This document shows, piece by piece, positions 56,166-64,000 of a stretch of DNA of 64,000 nucleotides; position 1 is the first letter of the stretch; each line of letters begins with the position of its first letter. Source of the DNA: Escherichia phage vB_EcoM_KAW1E185; sequence record NC_054922.1. One strand, given 5' to 3'. Under the pieces are notes generated by a model. That model made no database searches, was not told the DNA's origin, and saw nothing but the letters and a program-made list of their open reading frames with translations. The position numbers and the translations under genes were made by a program.

Positions 56166-59100
56166 ATGGCTACTTTAAAACAAATACAATTTAAAAGAAG
56201 CAAAACCGCAGGTGCACGTCCTGCTGCTTCAGTATTAGCCGAAGGTGAATTGGCTATAAACTTAAAAGATAGAACAATTTTTACTAAAGATGACACAGGA
56301 AATATCATCGATTTAAGCATTTCTACTGGCGGTAATATCAGTGGTAATATCACTCAAACTGGTGATTATACACAGACTGGAAAATTTAATTTAATTGGTC
56401 CGCAAATTGTAGCAAGCGGTGGATATATTGAGTTTAATTATCGTACTACTGGAAGTGGGGCTTGGTCCGGTCAACATACTGCGAAAGCTCCAATTTTTGT
56501 AGATTTAAGCTCAGCTACTTCCACATCTGAATATAATCCTATAATTAAACAGCGCTTTAAAGATGGAACTTTTTCATTAGGTACTTTAGTTTCTGAAGGT
56601 TCGTTGAAGATTCATTATATCAATGAATCTGGCGATTCGAAATATTGGACGTTTCGACGTGACGGCGGATTTACTGTTGACGGTGGAGGTTTAGCAGTAT
56701 CAGGAGGTAGTATAACTACATCTGGAAATATCGCAGCTATTGGAAATATTACTTCGCCTCAGATTAATACTAAAAATATTATTTTAGATACAAAAGCATT
56801 TGGACAATACGATTCGCAATCATTAGTTCAATATGTTTATCCTGGAACAGGCGAAGAAAATGGTATAAACTATCTTCGTAAAGTTCGAGCTAAATCAGGC
56901 GGTACAATTTATCATGAATTAGCTTCTGCGCAAACCGGAAAAAGTGATGAACTTTCTTGGTGGACTGGTAATACAGCCGTTAATAAACAAATGGGTCTTC
57001 GTAATGATGGGGCTTTAGTATTACGACGCTCACTCGCAATTGGTACAATTACAACAGATGAAAACATTAATAACTACGGCTCCGCTGGAGCAATGGGCGA
57101 ATGTTATATAGTTATCGGTGATGCATCAACAGGCTTATCATACAAAAAAACTGGAGTATATGATTTAGTTGCTAGTGGTCTTTCTTTAGCATCTATTACT
57201 CCTGATAGTTTCCGTAGTACCCGTAAAGCGATTTTTGGTCGTTCCGAGGACCAAGGTACAACATGGATTATGCCTGGAACCAACGCCGCGTTTTTATCGG
57301 TTCAAACACAAGCTGATGAAAACACTGCTGGAGACGGCCAGACGCATATTGGCTATAACTCAGGCGGAAAAATGAACCACTATTTCCGTGGTAAAGGCAA
57401 AACTAATATTAATACTCAAGAAGGCATGGAAGTTAACCCGGGTATTTTGAAATTGGTAACTGGCTCTAATAATGTAATGTTTTATGCTGATGGCGGTATT
57501 ACATCTGTTAAGCAGCTTTCAATATATAATGGCATATATTTAGCAGCTAATAATTCTACTGCTGGGCTAACATTCGCTCCAACTACTACAATTGATGGTA
57601 CTAAGCAAATTTTGTGGGAAGGCGGTACTCGTGCTGGGCAGAATAAAAGCTATGTAACTGTTAAAGCATGGGGTAATTCATTTAACGCATCTGGCGATCG
57701 TAATCGTGAAACGGTTTTTGAAGTAGCTGATGGACAAGGATATTATTTTTATTCACAGCGTGTGGCTCCAAGTGGCTCTGAAACTACTGGGCCTGTTGTA
57801 ACCCAGTTCAATGGACAAGTTAATGCTAGAGGAAGTATTATTACTGACGGAAGTTTTAAAGTTAATGGATTAAGCACTTTAGTCGGTAATGTTACCATGT
57901 CTAATGGTTTGTTTGTCCAAGGTGGTTCTTCTATTACTGGACAAGTAAAAATTGGTGGAACTGTTGATGCATTAAGAATTTGGAATGCCGAATACGGTGC
58001 TATTTTCCGTCGCTCAGAAACAGCATTACATATTATCCCGACTCCTAAAGATGCCGGTGAAAGTGGTGGAATAAGTAATCTCCGCCCACTTAGTATTAGC
58101 CTTAATAATGGTATGGTGCAAATGCGTCATTCCGTTACATTAGGTGATGATGGTGCAGGCGGTAATATGGTGACGGTTGATAATGATTCTAAAGTTATGG
58201 TAATGACGACTAATAGCCGTATTAGTCCTAACTTCCGTATGCAAATTGGACGGTCGTCTTATATTGATGTGGAATGTACTGATGCTGTGAGACCTGCTGG
58301 AGCCGGTTCTTTTGCTTCACAGAATAACGAAAACGTTCGCGCTCCGTTCTATATGAATATTGATAGAACAGATACAAGCACTTATGTTCCTATTGTGAAA
58401 CAAAGATACGTTCAAAATAATAGTTGCTATTCTATTGGTACTTTAATTAATGGTGGTAACTTTAGAGTTCATTATCATGAAGGCGGAGACGGCGTTTCTA
58501 CTGGTGCTATTATAAAGGATCTTGGATGGGAATTTAATAAAAACGGTGATTTTTATTCTCCTGGTAAATTAGGCGCTGGAAATATTAGAATAGGTACTGA
58601 TGGTAATATTACTGGCGGAACTGGTAACTTTGCTAACTTGAACACAACTATCGAATCATTAAAAACCGATATTGTATCGAGTTACCCAATCGGTGCTCCT
58701 ATTCCATGGCCAACGGATACTCCTCCTGACGGTTACGCTATTATGGAAGGCCAGACTTTTGATAAGTCTGCATACCCAAAATTGGCTATGGCTTACCCAT
58801 CTGGCGTAATTCCAGATATGCGCGGGCAAACTATTAAAGGTAAACCAAGTGGTCGAGCTGTATTAAGCGCAGAAGCCGATGGTGTTAAGGCTCATAGCCA
58901 TAGTGCATCGGCTTCAAGTACTGACTTGGGTACTAAAACTACGTCGAGTTTTGATTATGGTACTAAGACGACAAGTAGCTTTGACTATGGCACTAAGACT
59001 AGCAATACCACAGGTAACCACTCTCATACTGTAAGCGGTACTACGAGTTCTGCTGGTGCACACCAACATGCGCGCTCAGGTCCTCAGATACAAGCCGGCA

Positions 59101-59438
59101 TACCCAATAACATATTCTATGACGGATATAATAGTGTAGGTGCAAACGCCAACGCTAAATTCACTGGAACCGTGAACGGTGCTACTGTAGGGTCGAATAT
59201 AGCCAAAACTTCTTCAGACGGTGCTCATACTCATACTTGGTCTGGTACTACAAGCACTACAGGTAACCATGCTCACACAGTAGGTATTGGTGCTCATACC
59301 CATACTGTAGGTATCGGTGCTCATACCCACACGGTAGCAATTGGCTCGCATGGTCATACTATCACTGTAAATAGTACAGGTAATACAGAAAACACGGTTA
59401 AAAACATTGCTTTTAACTATATCGTTCGTTTAGCATAA
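56166..59438 (+). CDS. 37: long tail fibre distal subunit gp37 (receptor-binding tip)
   Basis: 1090 aa (T4 gp37 about 1026); C-terminal His-box repeats; ends [11 protein letters not shown] as recalled for T4. Confidence 0.93.
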   Translation: MATLKQIQFKRSKTAGARPAASVLAEGELAINLKDRTIFTKDDTGNIIDLSISTGGNISGNITQTGDYTQTGKFNLIGPQIVASGGYIEFNYRTTGSGAWSGQHTAKAPIFVDLSSATSTSEYNPIIKQRFKDGTFSLGTLVSEGSLKIHYINESGDSKYWTFRRDGGFTVDGGGLAVSGGSITTSGNIAAIGNITSPQINTKNIILDTKAFGQYDSQSLVQYVYPGTGEENGINYLRKVRAKSGGTIYHELASAQTGKSDELSWWTGNTAVNKQMGLRNDGALVLRRSLAIGTITTDENINNYGSAGAMGECYIVIGDASTGLSYKKTGVYDLVASGLSLASITPDSFRSTRKAIFGRSEDQGTTWIMPGTNAAFLSVQTQADENTAGDGQTHIGYNSGGKMNHYFRGKGKTNINTQEGMEVNPGILKLVTGSNNVMFYADGGITSVKQLSIYNGIYLAANNSTAGLTFAPTTTIDGTKQILWEGGTRAGQNKSYVTVKAWGNSFNASGDRNRETVFEVADGQGYYFYSQRVAPSGSETTGPVVTQFNGQVNARGSIITDGSFKVNGLSTLVGNVTMSNGLFVQGGSSITGQVKIGGTVDALRIWNAEYGAIFRRSETALHIIPTPKDAGESGGISNLRPLSISLNNGMVQMRHSVTLGDDGAGGNMVTVDNDSKVMVMTTNSRISPNFRMQIGRSSYIDVECTDAVRPAGAGSFASQNNENVRAPFYMNIDRTDTSTYVPIVKQRYVQNNSCYSIGTLINGGNFRVHYHEGGDGVSTGAIIKDLGWEFNKNGDFYSPGKLGAGNIRIGTDGNITGGTGNFANLNTTIESLKTDIVSSYPIGAPIPWPTDTPPDGYAIMEGQTFDKSAYPKLAMAYPSGVIPDMRGQTIKGKPSGRAVLSAEADGVKAHSHSASASSTDLGTKTTSSFDYGTKTTSSFDYGTKTSNTTGNHSHTVSGTTSSAGAHQHARSGPQIQAGIPNNIFYDGYNSVGANANAKFTGTVNGATVGSNIAKTSSDGAHTHTWSGTTSTTGNHAHTVGIGAHTHTVGIGAHTHTVAIGSHGHTITVNSTGNTENTVKNIAFNYIVRLA
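58929..59003 (+). repeat. tandem 30-bp coding repeat in gene 37 ([10 protein letters not shown] x2.5)
   Basis: Two 30-bp units encode identical peptides but differ at about 9 synonymous positions. Confidence 0.85.
59280..59360 (+). repeat. tandem 27-bp His-box repeats in gene 37 (VGIGAHTHT x3)
   Basis: Three consecutive 27-bp units; further HxH motifs upstream. Confidence 0.85.
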
Positions 59439-59465
59439 GGAGAGGGGCTTCGGCCCCTTCTGAAT
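59437..59465 (+). promoter_or_regulatory. gene 38 translation initiation region with hairpin between SD and AUG
   Basis: AAGGAG at 59437-59442, hairpin GGGGCTTCGGCCCC at 59444-59457, ATG at 59466. Confidence 0.55.
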
Positions 59466-60017
59466 ATGAAAATATATCATTATTATTTTGACACTAAAGA
59501 ATTTTACAAAGAAGAAAATTACAAACCGGTTAAAGGACTCGGTCTTCCTGCTCATTCAACAATTAAAAAACCTTTAGAACCTAAAGAAGGATACGCAGTT
59601 GTATTTGATGAACGTACTCAAGATTGGATTTATGAAGAAGACCATCGCGGCAAACGAGCATGGACTTTTAATAAAGAAGAAATTTTTATAAGTGACATTG
59701 GAAGCCCGGTTGGTATAACCTTTGATGAGCCCGGCGAATTTGATATATGGACTGATGACGGTTGGAAAGAAGACGAAACATATAAACGCGTTTTAATTCG
59801 CAATAGAAAAATTGAAGAATTATACAAAGAATTCCAAGTTTTAAATAATATGATTGAAGCTTCTGTCGCGAATAAAAAGGAAAAATTCTATTATAAAAAC
59901 CTTAAGCGGTTCTTTGCTCTTTTAGAAAAGCATGAGCATTTAGGTGGTGAATTCCCTTCATGGCCTGAAAAAGAACGGAAACCTTGGTATAAGCGTTTAT
60001 TCAAGCATTACGTATAA
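59466..60017 (+). CDS. 38: tail fibre assembly chaperone gp38 (T4-type)
   Basis: 183 aa, T4-type gp38 length; MKIYHYYFDTKEFYKEENYKP matches recalled T4 gp38. Confidence 0.9.
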   Translation: MKIYHYYFDTKEFYKEENYKPVKGLGLPAHSTIKKPLEPKEGYAVVFDERTQDWIYEEDHRGKRAWTFNKEEIFISDIGSPVGITFDEPGEFDIWTDDGWKEDETYKRVLIRNRKIEELYKEFQVLNNMIEASVANKKEKFYYKNLKRFFALLEKHEHLGGEFPSWPEKERKPWYKRLFKHYV

Positions 60018-60037
60018 ATATCTTAAAAGGAGGGTCT

Positions 60038-60694
60038 ATGGCAGCACCTAGAATATCATTTTCGCCCTCTGATATTCTATTTGGTGTTCTAGATCGCTTG
60101 TTCAAAGATAACGCTACCGGGAAAGTTCTTGCTTCCCGGGTAGCTGTCGTAATTCTTTTATTTATGATGGCGATTGTTTGGTATAGGGGAGATAGTTTCT
60201 TTGAGTACTATAAGCAATCAAAGTATGAAACATACAGTGAAATTATTGAAAAGGAAAGAAATGCACGCTTTGAATCTGTCGCCCTGGAACAACTCCAGAT
60301 AGTTCATATATCATCTGAGGCAGACTTTAGTGTGGTGTATTCTTTCCGCCCTAAAAACTTAAACTATTTTGTTGATATTATAGCATATGAAGGAAAATTA
60401 CCTTCAACAATAAGTGAAAAATCACTTGGAGGATATCCTGTTGATAAAACTATGGATGAATATGCAGTTCATTTAAATGGACGTCATTATTATTCTGACT
60501 CAAAATTTGCTTTTTTACCAACTAAAAAGCCTACTCCCGAAATAAACTACATGTATAGTTGTCCATATTTTAATTTGGATAATATCTATGCTGGAACAAT
60601 AACAATGTACTGGTATAGAAATGATCATATAAGTAATGACCGCCTTGAATCAATATGTGCTCAGGCGGCCAGAATATTAGGAAGGGCTAAATAA
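60038..60694 (+). CDS. t: holin T
   Basis: 218 aa, T4 holin length; single N-proximal TM segment; AAGGAGGG RBS. Confidence 0.93.
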   Translation: MAAPRISFSPSDILFGVLDRLFKDNATGKVLASRVAVVILLFMMAIVWYRGDSFFEYYKQSKYETYSEIIEKERNARFESVALEQLQIVHISSEADFSVVYSFRPKNLNYFVDIIAYEGKLPSTISEKSLGGYPVDKTMDEYAVHLNGRHYYSDSKFAFLPTKKPTPEINYMYSCPYFNLDNIYAGTITMYWYRNDHISNDRLESICAQAARILGRAK

Positions 60695-60967
60695 TTATTT
60701 GTTTGTATACATCTCTAGATATCGATATACACCCTCAAAACCCTCGTTGAATTCGTCGATGAGGGTTTTCTTATCTTCTTGAGTTAATTCAGAAACAATT
60801 TTACGGAATGAATTCTGATTTAACTTTCTACCTTCATGCGTTACTCCAATCTCATTCAGAAATGCAATAAAATTAGCACGATTCTCAACAATATCTTCTC
60901 TGGAAAATTTAATCAAAATAGACGCAACAGTAATAATTTCACGAACTGTATCAATGTTTTTATTCAT
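60695..60967 (-). CDS. asiA: anti-sigma70 factor AsiA
   Basis: 90 aa; MNKNIDTVREIITVASILIKFSREDIVENRANFIAFLNEIG matches recalled AsiA. Confidence 0.93.
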   Translation of the reverse strand: MNKNIDTVREIITVASILIKFSREDIVENRANFIAFLNEIGVTHEGRKLNQNSFRKIVSELTQEDKKTLIDEFNEGFEGVYRYLEMYTNK

Positions 60968-60979
60968 TAACTATACCAC

Positions 60980-61132
60980 TCAATTAGTTGACTTTGTTAT
61001 AATATCATCAGACGCTTGATTTGTAAACTGGTCTGTGTTATTTTCTTCAAAAATTTTTTCTACGAATTCTTTGAACGACTCACGTTCCTGAGCTACATTA
61101 TGCTCGATTACCTTTTCAAGATTATGACTCAT
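60980..61132 (-). CDS. small hypothetical protein, 50 aa
   Basis: Hand-translated MSHNLEKVIEHNVAQERESFKEFVEKIFEENNTDQFTNQASDDIITKSTN; ATG overlaps arn stop; below ORF-track cutoff. Confidence 0.35.
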   Translation of the reverse strand: MSHNLEKVIEHNVAQERESFKEFVEKIFEENNTDQFTNQASDDIITKSTN

Positions 61133-61407
61133 TCGAAATAATCTTCAATTTCATAATCATGGACATAAATCATTATAGTTTTTAATACATCATCAATACT
61201 TTTTCCTGGAGCTGGAATTACGTAGAAATATCCGGCTTTTGAGAGGTCTTTATAAGTTCCAATCAAGAAATCATTATTCTCAAGATGCAGTTCTTCAACT
61301 AATTCATTAACAATTGAAGGGTATAAATTTGGTAAAAACTTATATAGCTTTTCTAGAATATCAATTTTGATTGTGTATTGAACCACGGACTGAGAATCAA
61401 TAATCAT
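61129..61407 (-). CDS. arn: Arn anti-restriction protein (McrBC inhibitor)
   Basis: 92 aa, T4 Arn length, position between asiA and motA. Confidence 0.8.
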   Translation of the reverse strand: MIIDSQSVVQYTIKIDILEKLYKFLPNLYPSIVNELVEELHLENNDFLIGTYKDLSKAGYFYVIPAPGKSIDDVLKTIMIYVHDYEIEDYFE

Positions 61408-61490
61408 AGACCTTCCCCTTATGTTTCTGTTTGCGATTAGATTCTTTAAACGCTTTCTTCTTATCTTTATGAACAGAAGCTTTATTAAAA

Positions 61491-61709
61491 TTATGTTTTG
61501 CGACTAAATTGTTCATAGTGCTGAATTACCTCTCTCAAACATTTGCATGTGAATGAAAACTTTTTAGCTACACCACATTCAAATATATGTTCTCTTAAAT
61601 CGCGTGTATCAGTATATCCCATCTCAACAATAAAATGCCGTATTAGATTTTTATCTTTATCATTGAGAGAATTAAAATAGCCAGATTTTGAATTAATTTC
61701 CCTGGCCAA
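61491..61709 (-). CDS. hypothetical protein
   Basis: 72 aa ORF with Cys residues. Confidence 0.5.
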   Translation of the reverse strand: MAREINSKSGYFNSLNDKDKNLIRHFIVEMGYTDTRDLREHIFECGVAKKFSFTCKCLREVIQHYEQFSRKT

Positions 61710-61989
61710 ATTGAATCACCTTCAGTTGACGTTTTAACTCTTTTATCATTTCTTCGTTCATCGCAATATAAAGATCGCGTAAAGCAGGTTTTAGCATGTC
61801 ATTTATTATAGAACTAAATGGGCATACATAATCTTTTCCTACAAGCTTTTTGGTGAATTCCATATCACAGAACTTAAATCCCGGCTCATTGGTATAAATT
61901 CCCCAATTAGTTGACATCATTTTATTAGCATATTCCAGTGCCTGGATTTGATTCATAATTCCATCAATTTGAAACTTTTTAATATTCAT
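61693..61989 (-). CDS. hypothetical protein
   Basis: 98 aa ORF. Confidence 0.5.
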   Translation of the reverse strand: MNIKKFQIDGIMNQIQALEYANKMMSTNWGIYTNEPGFKFCDMEFTKKLVGKDYVCPFSSIINDMLKPALRDLYIAMNEEMIKELKRQLKVIQFGQGN

Positions 61990-62450
61990 TAGTAAAGGTC
62001 CTCAGAGTAAAGTTCTTTTTCACTACCACCACGTTCAATACGTACTTGTCCAGCGTAAGTTGCAATAATCATTGCTTCTTCACGTGTCCAATAATTACTA
62101 TATTGGTCAATAAACCCTTGGTCATCATCACAAACTTGCTGAGTAACTAATTGAGGTTTAACTACATCTAAAACTTCTGCCATATCTTTAGAATAATGAC
62201 GAGCACCTGGAATAACAAGAGTTCGTCCATCTTTTAATTTAAAACGGTTGGCTGCACAGACAATTCGTCGTTGATACTTTTGGTTTTCATCCCAGTACGC
62301 AGTCTGCCAACAGATTTCAGGAACTTCTTTCAGAATATCTTCTTCTGTGCATTTATAACCATGCGCTTTAAATTTTTCAACAAGACTTTCTGGAGTTTCA
62401 CGAGATAAAGGAACATTCAGCATTTTTAAACGATTAATAAATGGGTTCAT
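61989..62450 (-). CDS. hypothetical protein
   Basis: 153 aa ORF, start overlaps upstream stop. Confidence 0.55.
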   Translation of the reverse strand: MNPFINRLKMLNVPLSRETPESLVEKFKAHGYKCTEEDILKEVPEICWQTAYWDENQKYQRRIVCAANRFKLKDGRTLVIPGARHYSKDMAEVLDVVKPQLVTQQVCDDDQGFIDQYSNYWTREEAMIIATYAGQVRIERGGSEKELYSEDLY

Positions 62451-62776
62451 TTAAACCATCCTTTAATACGTTGCCACAAAGTTTTCTGCTGAGCTTTGTT
62501 AACACCAATTGAACGAATAACCGGTTGAGATTCCTGGAATTCTTTATAATCGGCAAGGTAAATTTCGTAAGCTGCATCCGTAAATGAACTTATCGCTGCC
62601 ATAAAATTATTGCGAATACCTACTGGAGCATCTTTACTTTCACGAATAATCATGTATTTACCAGTCTTAATCTTTACGATAGTTCCAAGATAAGCTCCAT
62701 GGTACCAAATATCCCAACCCTCTTGAGTAGGTTCTGCACAACGACGAAGTTCATTGACAGTTTCTAACTTGTTCAT
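62447..62776 (-). CDS. hypothetical protein
   Basis: 109 aa ORF immediately downstream of motA. Confidence 0.55.
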   Translation of the reverse strand: MNKLETVNELRRCAEPTQEGWDIWYHGAYLGTIVKIKTGKYMIIRESKDAPVGIRNNFMAAISSFTDAAYEIYLADYKEFQESQPVIRSIGVNKAQQKTLWQRIKGWFK

Positions 62777-62786
62777 TATTTATTCC

Positions 62787-63422
62787 TCACAGTTCAGATG
62801 CTACAGTGATTACTGCTTCAATGTTTTCTGCCGAGCGTTTAATGTCAAGATACACATTACCGTTTTTAGCGATTTTACATGACATTCCGATGTCAGTAAA
62901 TTTCTGAATATGATGTTCCATCATTTTATATCCAAAAATTCGCATATTTCCATTGTTGTTAATTTCAAAATTACGAATTCCGTGAGTGCGTTTTTCTAAA
63001 ATAGCGAGATAGTTACTGCGGTAAGTTTCAACCTTTTTAAGAACAAATCCATTTTCATCTAAAAGTTTTAACATGAGGTCTTTATCTTCTTCCATATCAG
63101 AAGTAATCTCGCGAGCTTTACGAGTTGCTCGTTTTTTCAGCAGTTCCGGAGCATTTTCCTGTGCGTATAAAGTTGCTGCGTTTGAAATAATATCCTGAGC
63201 TTCACCTGTAATGATTAATCCATCACCAGATTTCTCCACCAGGCCTTTTTTAATCAATACCCCAATATTACTATTAACTACTGCGTTACCTAAATCTGGA
63301 TGCACCTCACGAACTTCTGCAGCTGTAATGAAATCTTTCTTAGCAATAGTAATTAAAATCGCAGCAGTTTTTTCATTCAGAACATCGTTAGAAGCTTTGA
63401 TGATGTAAGTTACTTTAGACAT
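62787..63422 (-). CDS. motA: MotA middle-transcription activator
   Basis: 211 aa, T4 MotA length; MSKVTYIIKASNDVLNEKTAAILITIAKKDF matches recalled MotA; GGAG RBS. Confidence 0.93.
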   Translation of the reverse strand: MSKVTYIIKASNDVLNEKTAAILITIAKKDFITAAEVREVHPDLGNAVVNSNIGVLIKKGLVEKSGDGLIITGEAQDIISNAATLYAQENAPELLKKRATRKAREITSDMEEDKDLMLKLLDENGFVLKKVETYRSNYLAILEKRTHGIRNFEINNNGNMRIFGYKMMEHHIQKFTDIGMSCKIAKNGNVYLDIKRSAENIEAVITVASEL

Positions 63423-63463
63423 TTTCTAATCTCCGTAATTCTGTATCAGTAGTTGATAGTTGT

Positions 63464-63493
63464 ATAGTACCACAGTATGCTTTGGTTGTAAAC
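63464..63493 (-). promoter_or_regulatory. T4-type early promoter for motA
   Basis: Minus strand GTTTAC, spacer aaccaaagcatactgtg, gTACTAT. Confidence 0.6.
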
Positions 63494-63505
63494 CGTTTTA
63501 TGAAA

Positions 63506-63544
63506 AAATTTTTGAAATAAAAAAGGGAGAGCCGAGGCTCTCCC
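63506..63544 (-). terminator. rho-independent terminator upstream of motA promoter
   Basis: Minus strand hairpin GGGAGAGCCTCGGCTCTCCC followed by TTTTTTATTT. Confidence 0.7.
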
Positions 63545-63549
63545 TAAAA

Positions 63550-63699
63550 TTACTGCATGACTGTGATAACTGTCATGATAACACGTTGAATGCCGAACGC
63601 AAGAAGACCTCCTGCTACGGCTGGAACAACACCTACCCCCGCTAGTAAAATGCCGCCAGATACTAATGCAGCGCTTGTAATACCAATGAATGGACTCAT
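63550..63699 (-). CDS. small hydrophobic membrane peptide, 49 aa
   Basis: Hand-translated MSPFIGITSAALVSGGILLAGVGVVPAVAGGLLAFGIQRVIMTVITVMQ; ATG overlaps stop of upstream gene. Confidence 0.4.
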   Translation of the reverse strand: MSPFIGITSAALVSGGILLAGVGVVPAVAGGLLAFGIQRVIMTVITVMQ

Positions 63700-64000
63700 T
63701 TGATTTCCTCTAAATCTTTAGTGTATTCTGTAACTACATCAGTAGTTTTCCAATATTCGTTTTCTTCTTTTTTAGCTTTAGCTTCTTCAGCAAGTTTCTT
63801 TGCTTCATCAGAAGTCATATGAAAAATATTCATTCCAACTAGTTTATCAACATAAGAAGAATACATCTCAATTTTAGAAAGTTCTTCGGTCAGTTCTTTA
63901 CGAGTTTTACCCTGTACAACAATTTCACCTGAAATTACTTTCTTAATGAAATGCGCCTTGGCAAAGGCTAAACGAAATGCTGATTCAGTTTCTTTGATTT
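63696..64000 (-). CDS. 52: DNA topoisomerase II subunit gp52, C-terminal fragment (5' partial, runs off window end)
   Basis: Minus-strand frame open to window edge ending ...TEYTKDLEEIK; identity by T4 synteny. Confidence 0.55.
   Translation of the reverse strand, partial: IKETESAFRLAFAKAHFIKKVISGEIVVQGKTRKELTEELSKIEMYSSYVDKLVGMNIFHMTSDEAKKLAEEAKAKKEENEYWKTTDVVTEYTKDLEEIK

Noticed and set aside
58929-59360. Tandem repeats considered as CRISPR-like or non-coding satellite
   Set aside because: They lie in frame inside gene 37 and encode tip repeats; no spacer-repeat architecture.
63460-63645. 61-aa plus-strand ORF
   Set aside because: Overlaps the motA promoter/terminator and is antisense to the 49-aa membrane peptide; no RBS.

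Overview
This window is about 64 kb of a T4-like myovirus (Tequatrovirus-type, T-even coliphage) genome, collinear with phage T4 from the 3' end of gene 17 to the 3' end of gene 52. All gene calls rest on my recollection of T4 protein sequences, lengths and gene order; nothing was database-verified. The plus strand carries the late structural blocks: tail sheath and tube (18, 19), portal and head (20, 67, 68, 21, 22, 23, 24), baseplate hub and tape measure (51, 27, 28, 29, 48, 54) and long tail fibres (34-38) plus holin t. The minus strand carries early/middle genes: rnlB, hoc, inh, uvsY, 25/26, alt, DNA ligase 30, the 30.x cluster, rIII, 31, cd, pseT, spanins, alc, rnlA, denA, nrdB, nrdA, td, frd, 32, 59, 33, dsbA, rnh, asiA, arn and motA. 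Regulatory signals match T4 conventions: TATAAATA late promoters, GTTTAC(N17-18)TAnnAT early promoters, a MotA-box middle promoter and GC-rich hairpin terminators. The most striking anomaly is not biological: a 56-nt poly-T run followed by an intact Illumina P7/Nextera i7 adapter, flanked by an exact 55-bp duplication, sits between rnh and gene 34. Biological points worth a second look are a free-standing HNH homing endonuclease between nrdA and nrdB, uninterrupted td and nrdB, an extra ORF between frd and td, a repeat-rich gp37 tail-fibre tip, and near-identical early-promoter cassettes. I found no convincing evidence of a wholly new multi-gene system; the unassigned small ORFs in the 30.x, cd.x and arn-motA clusters remain the main unknowns.
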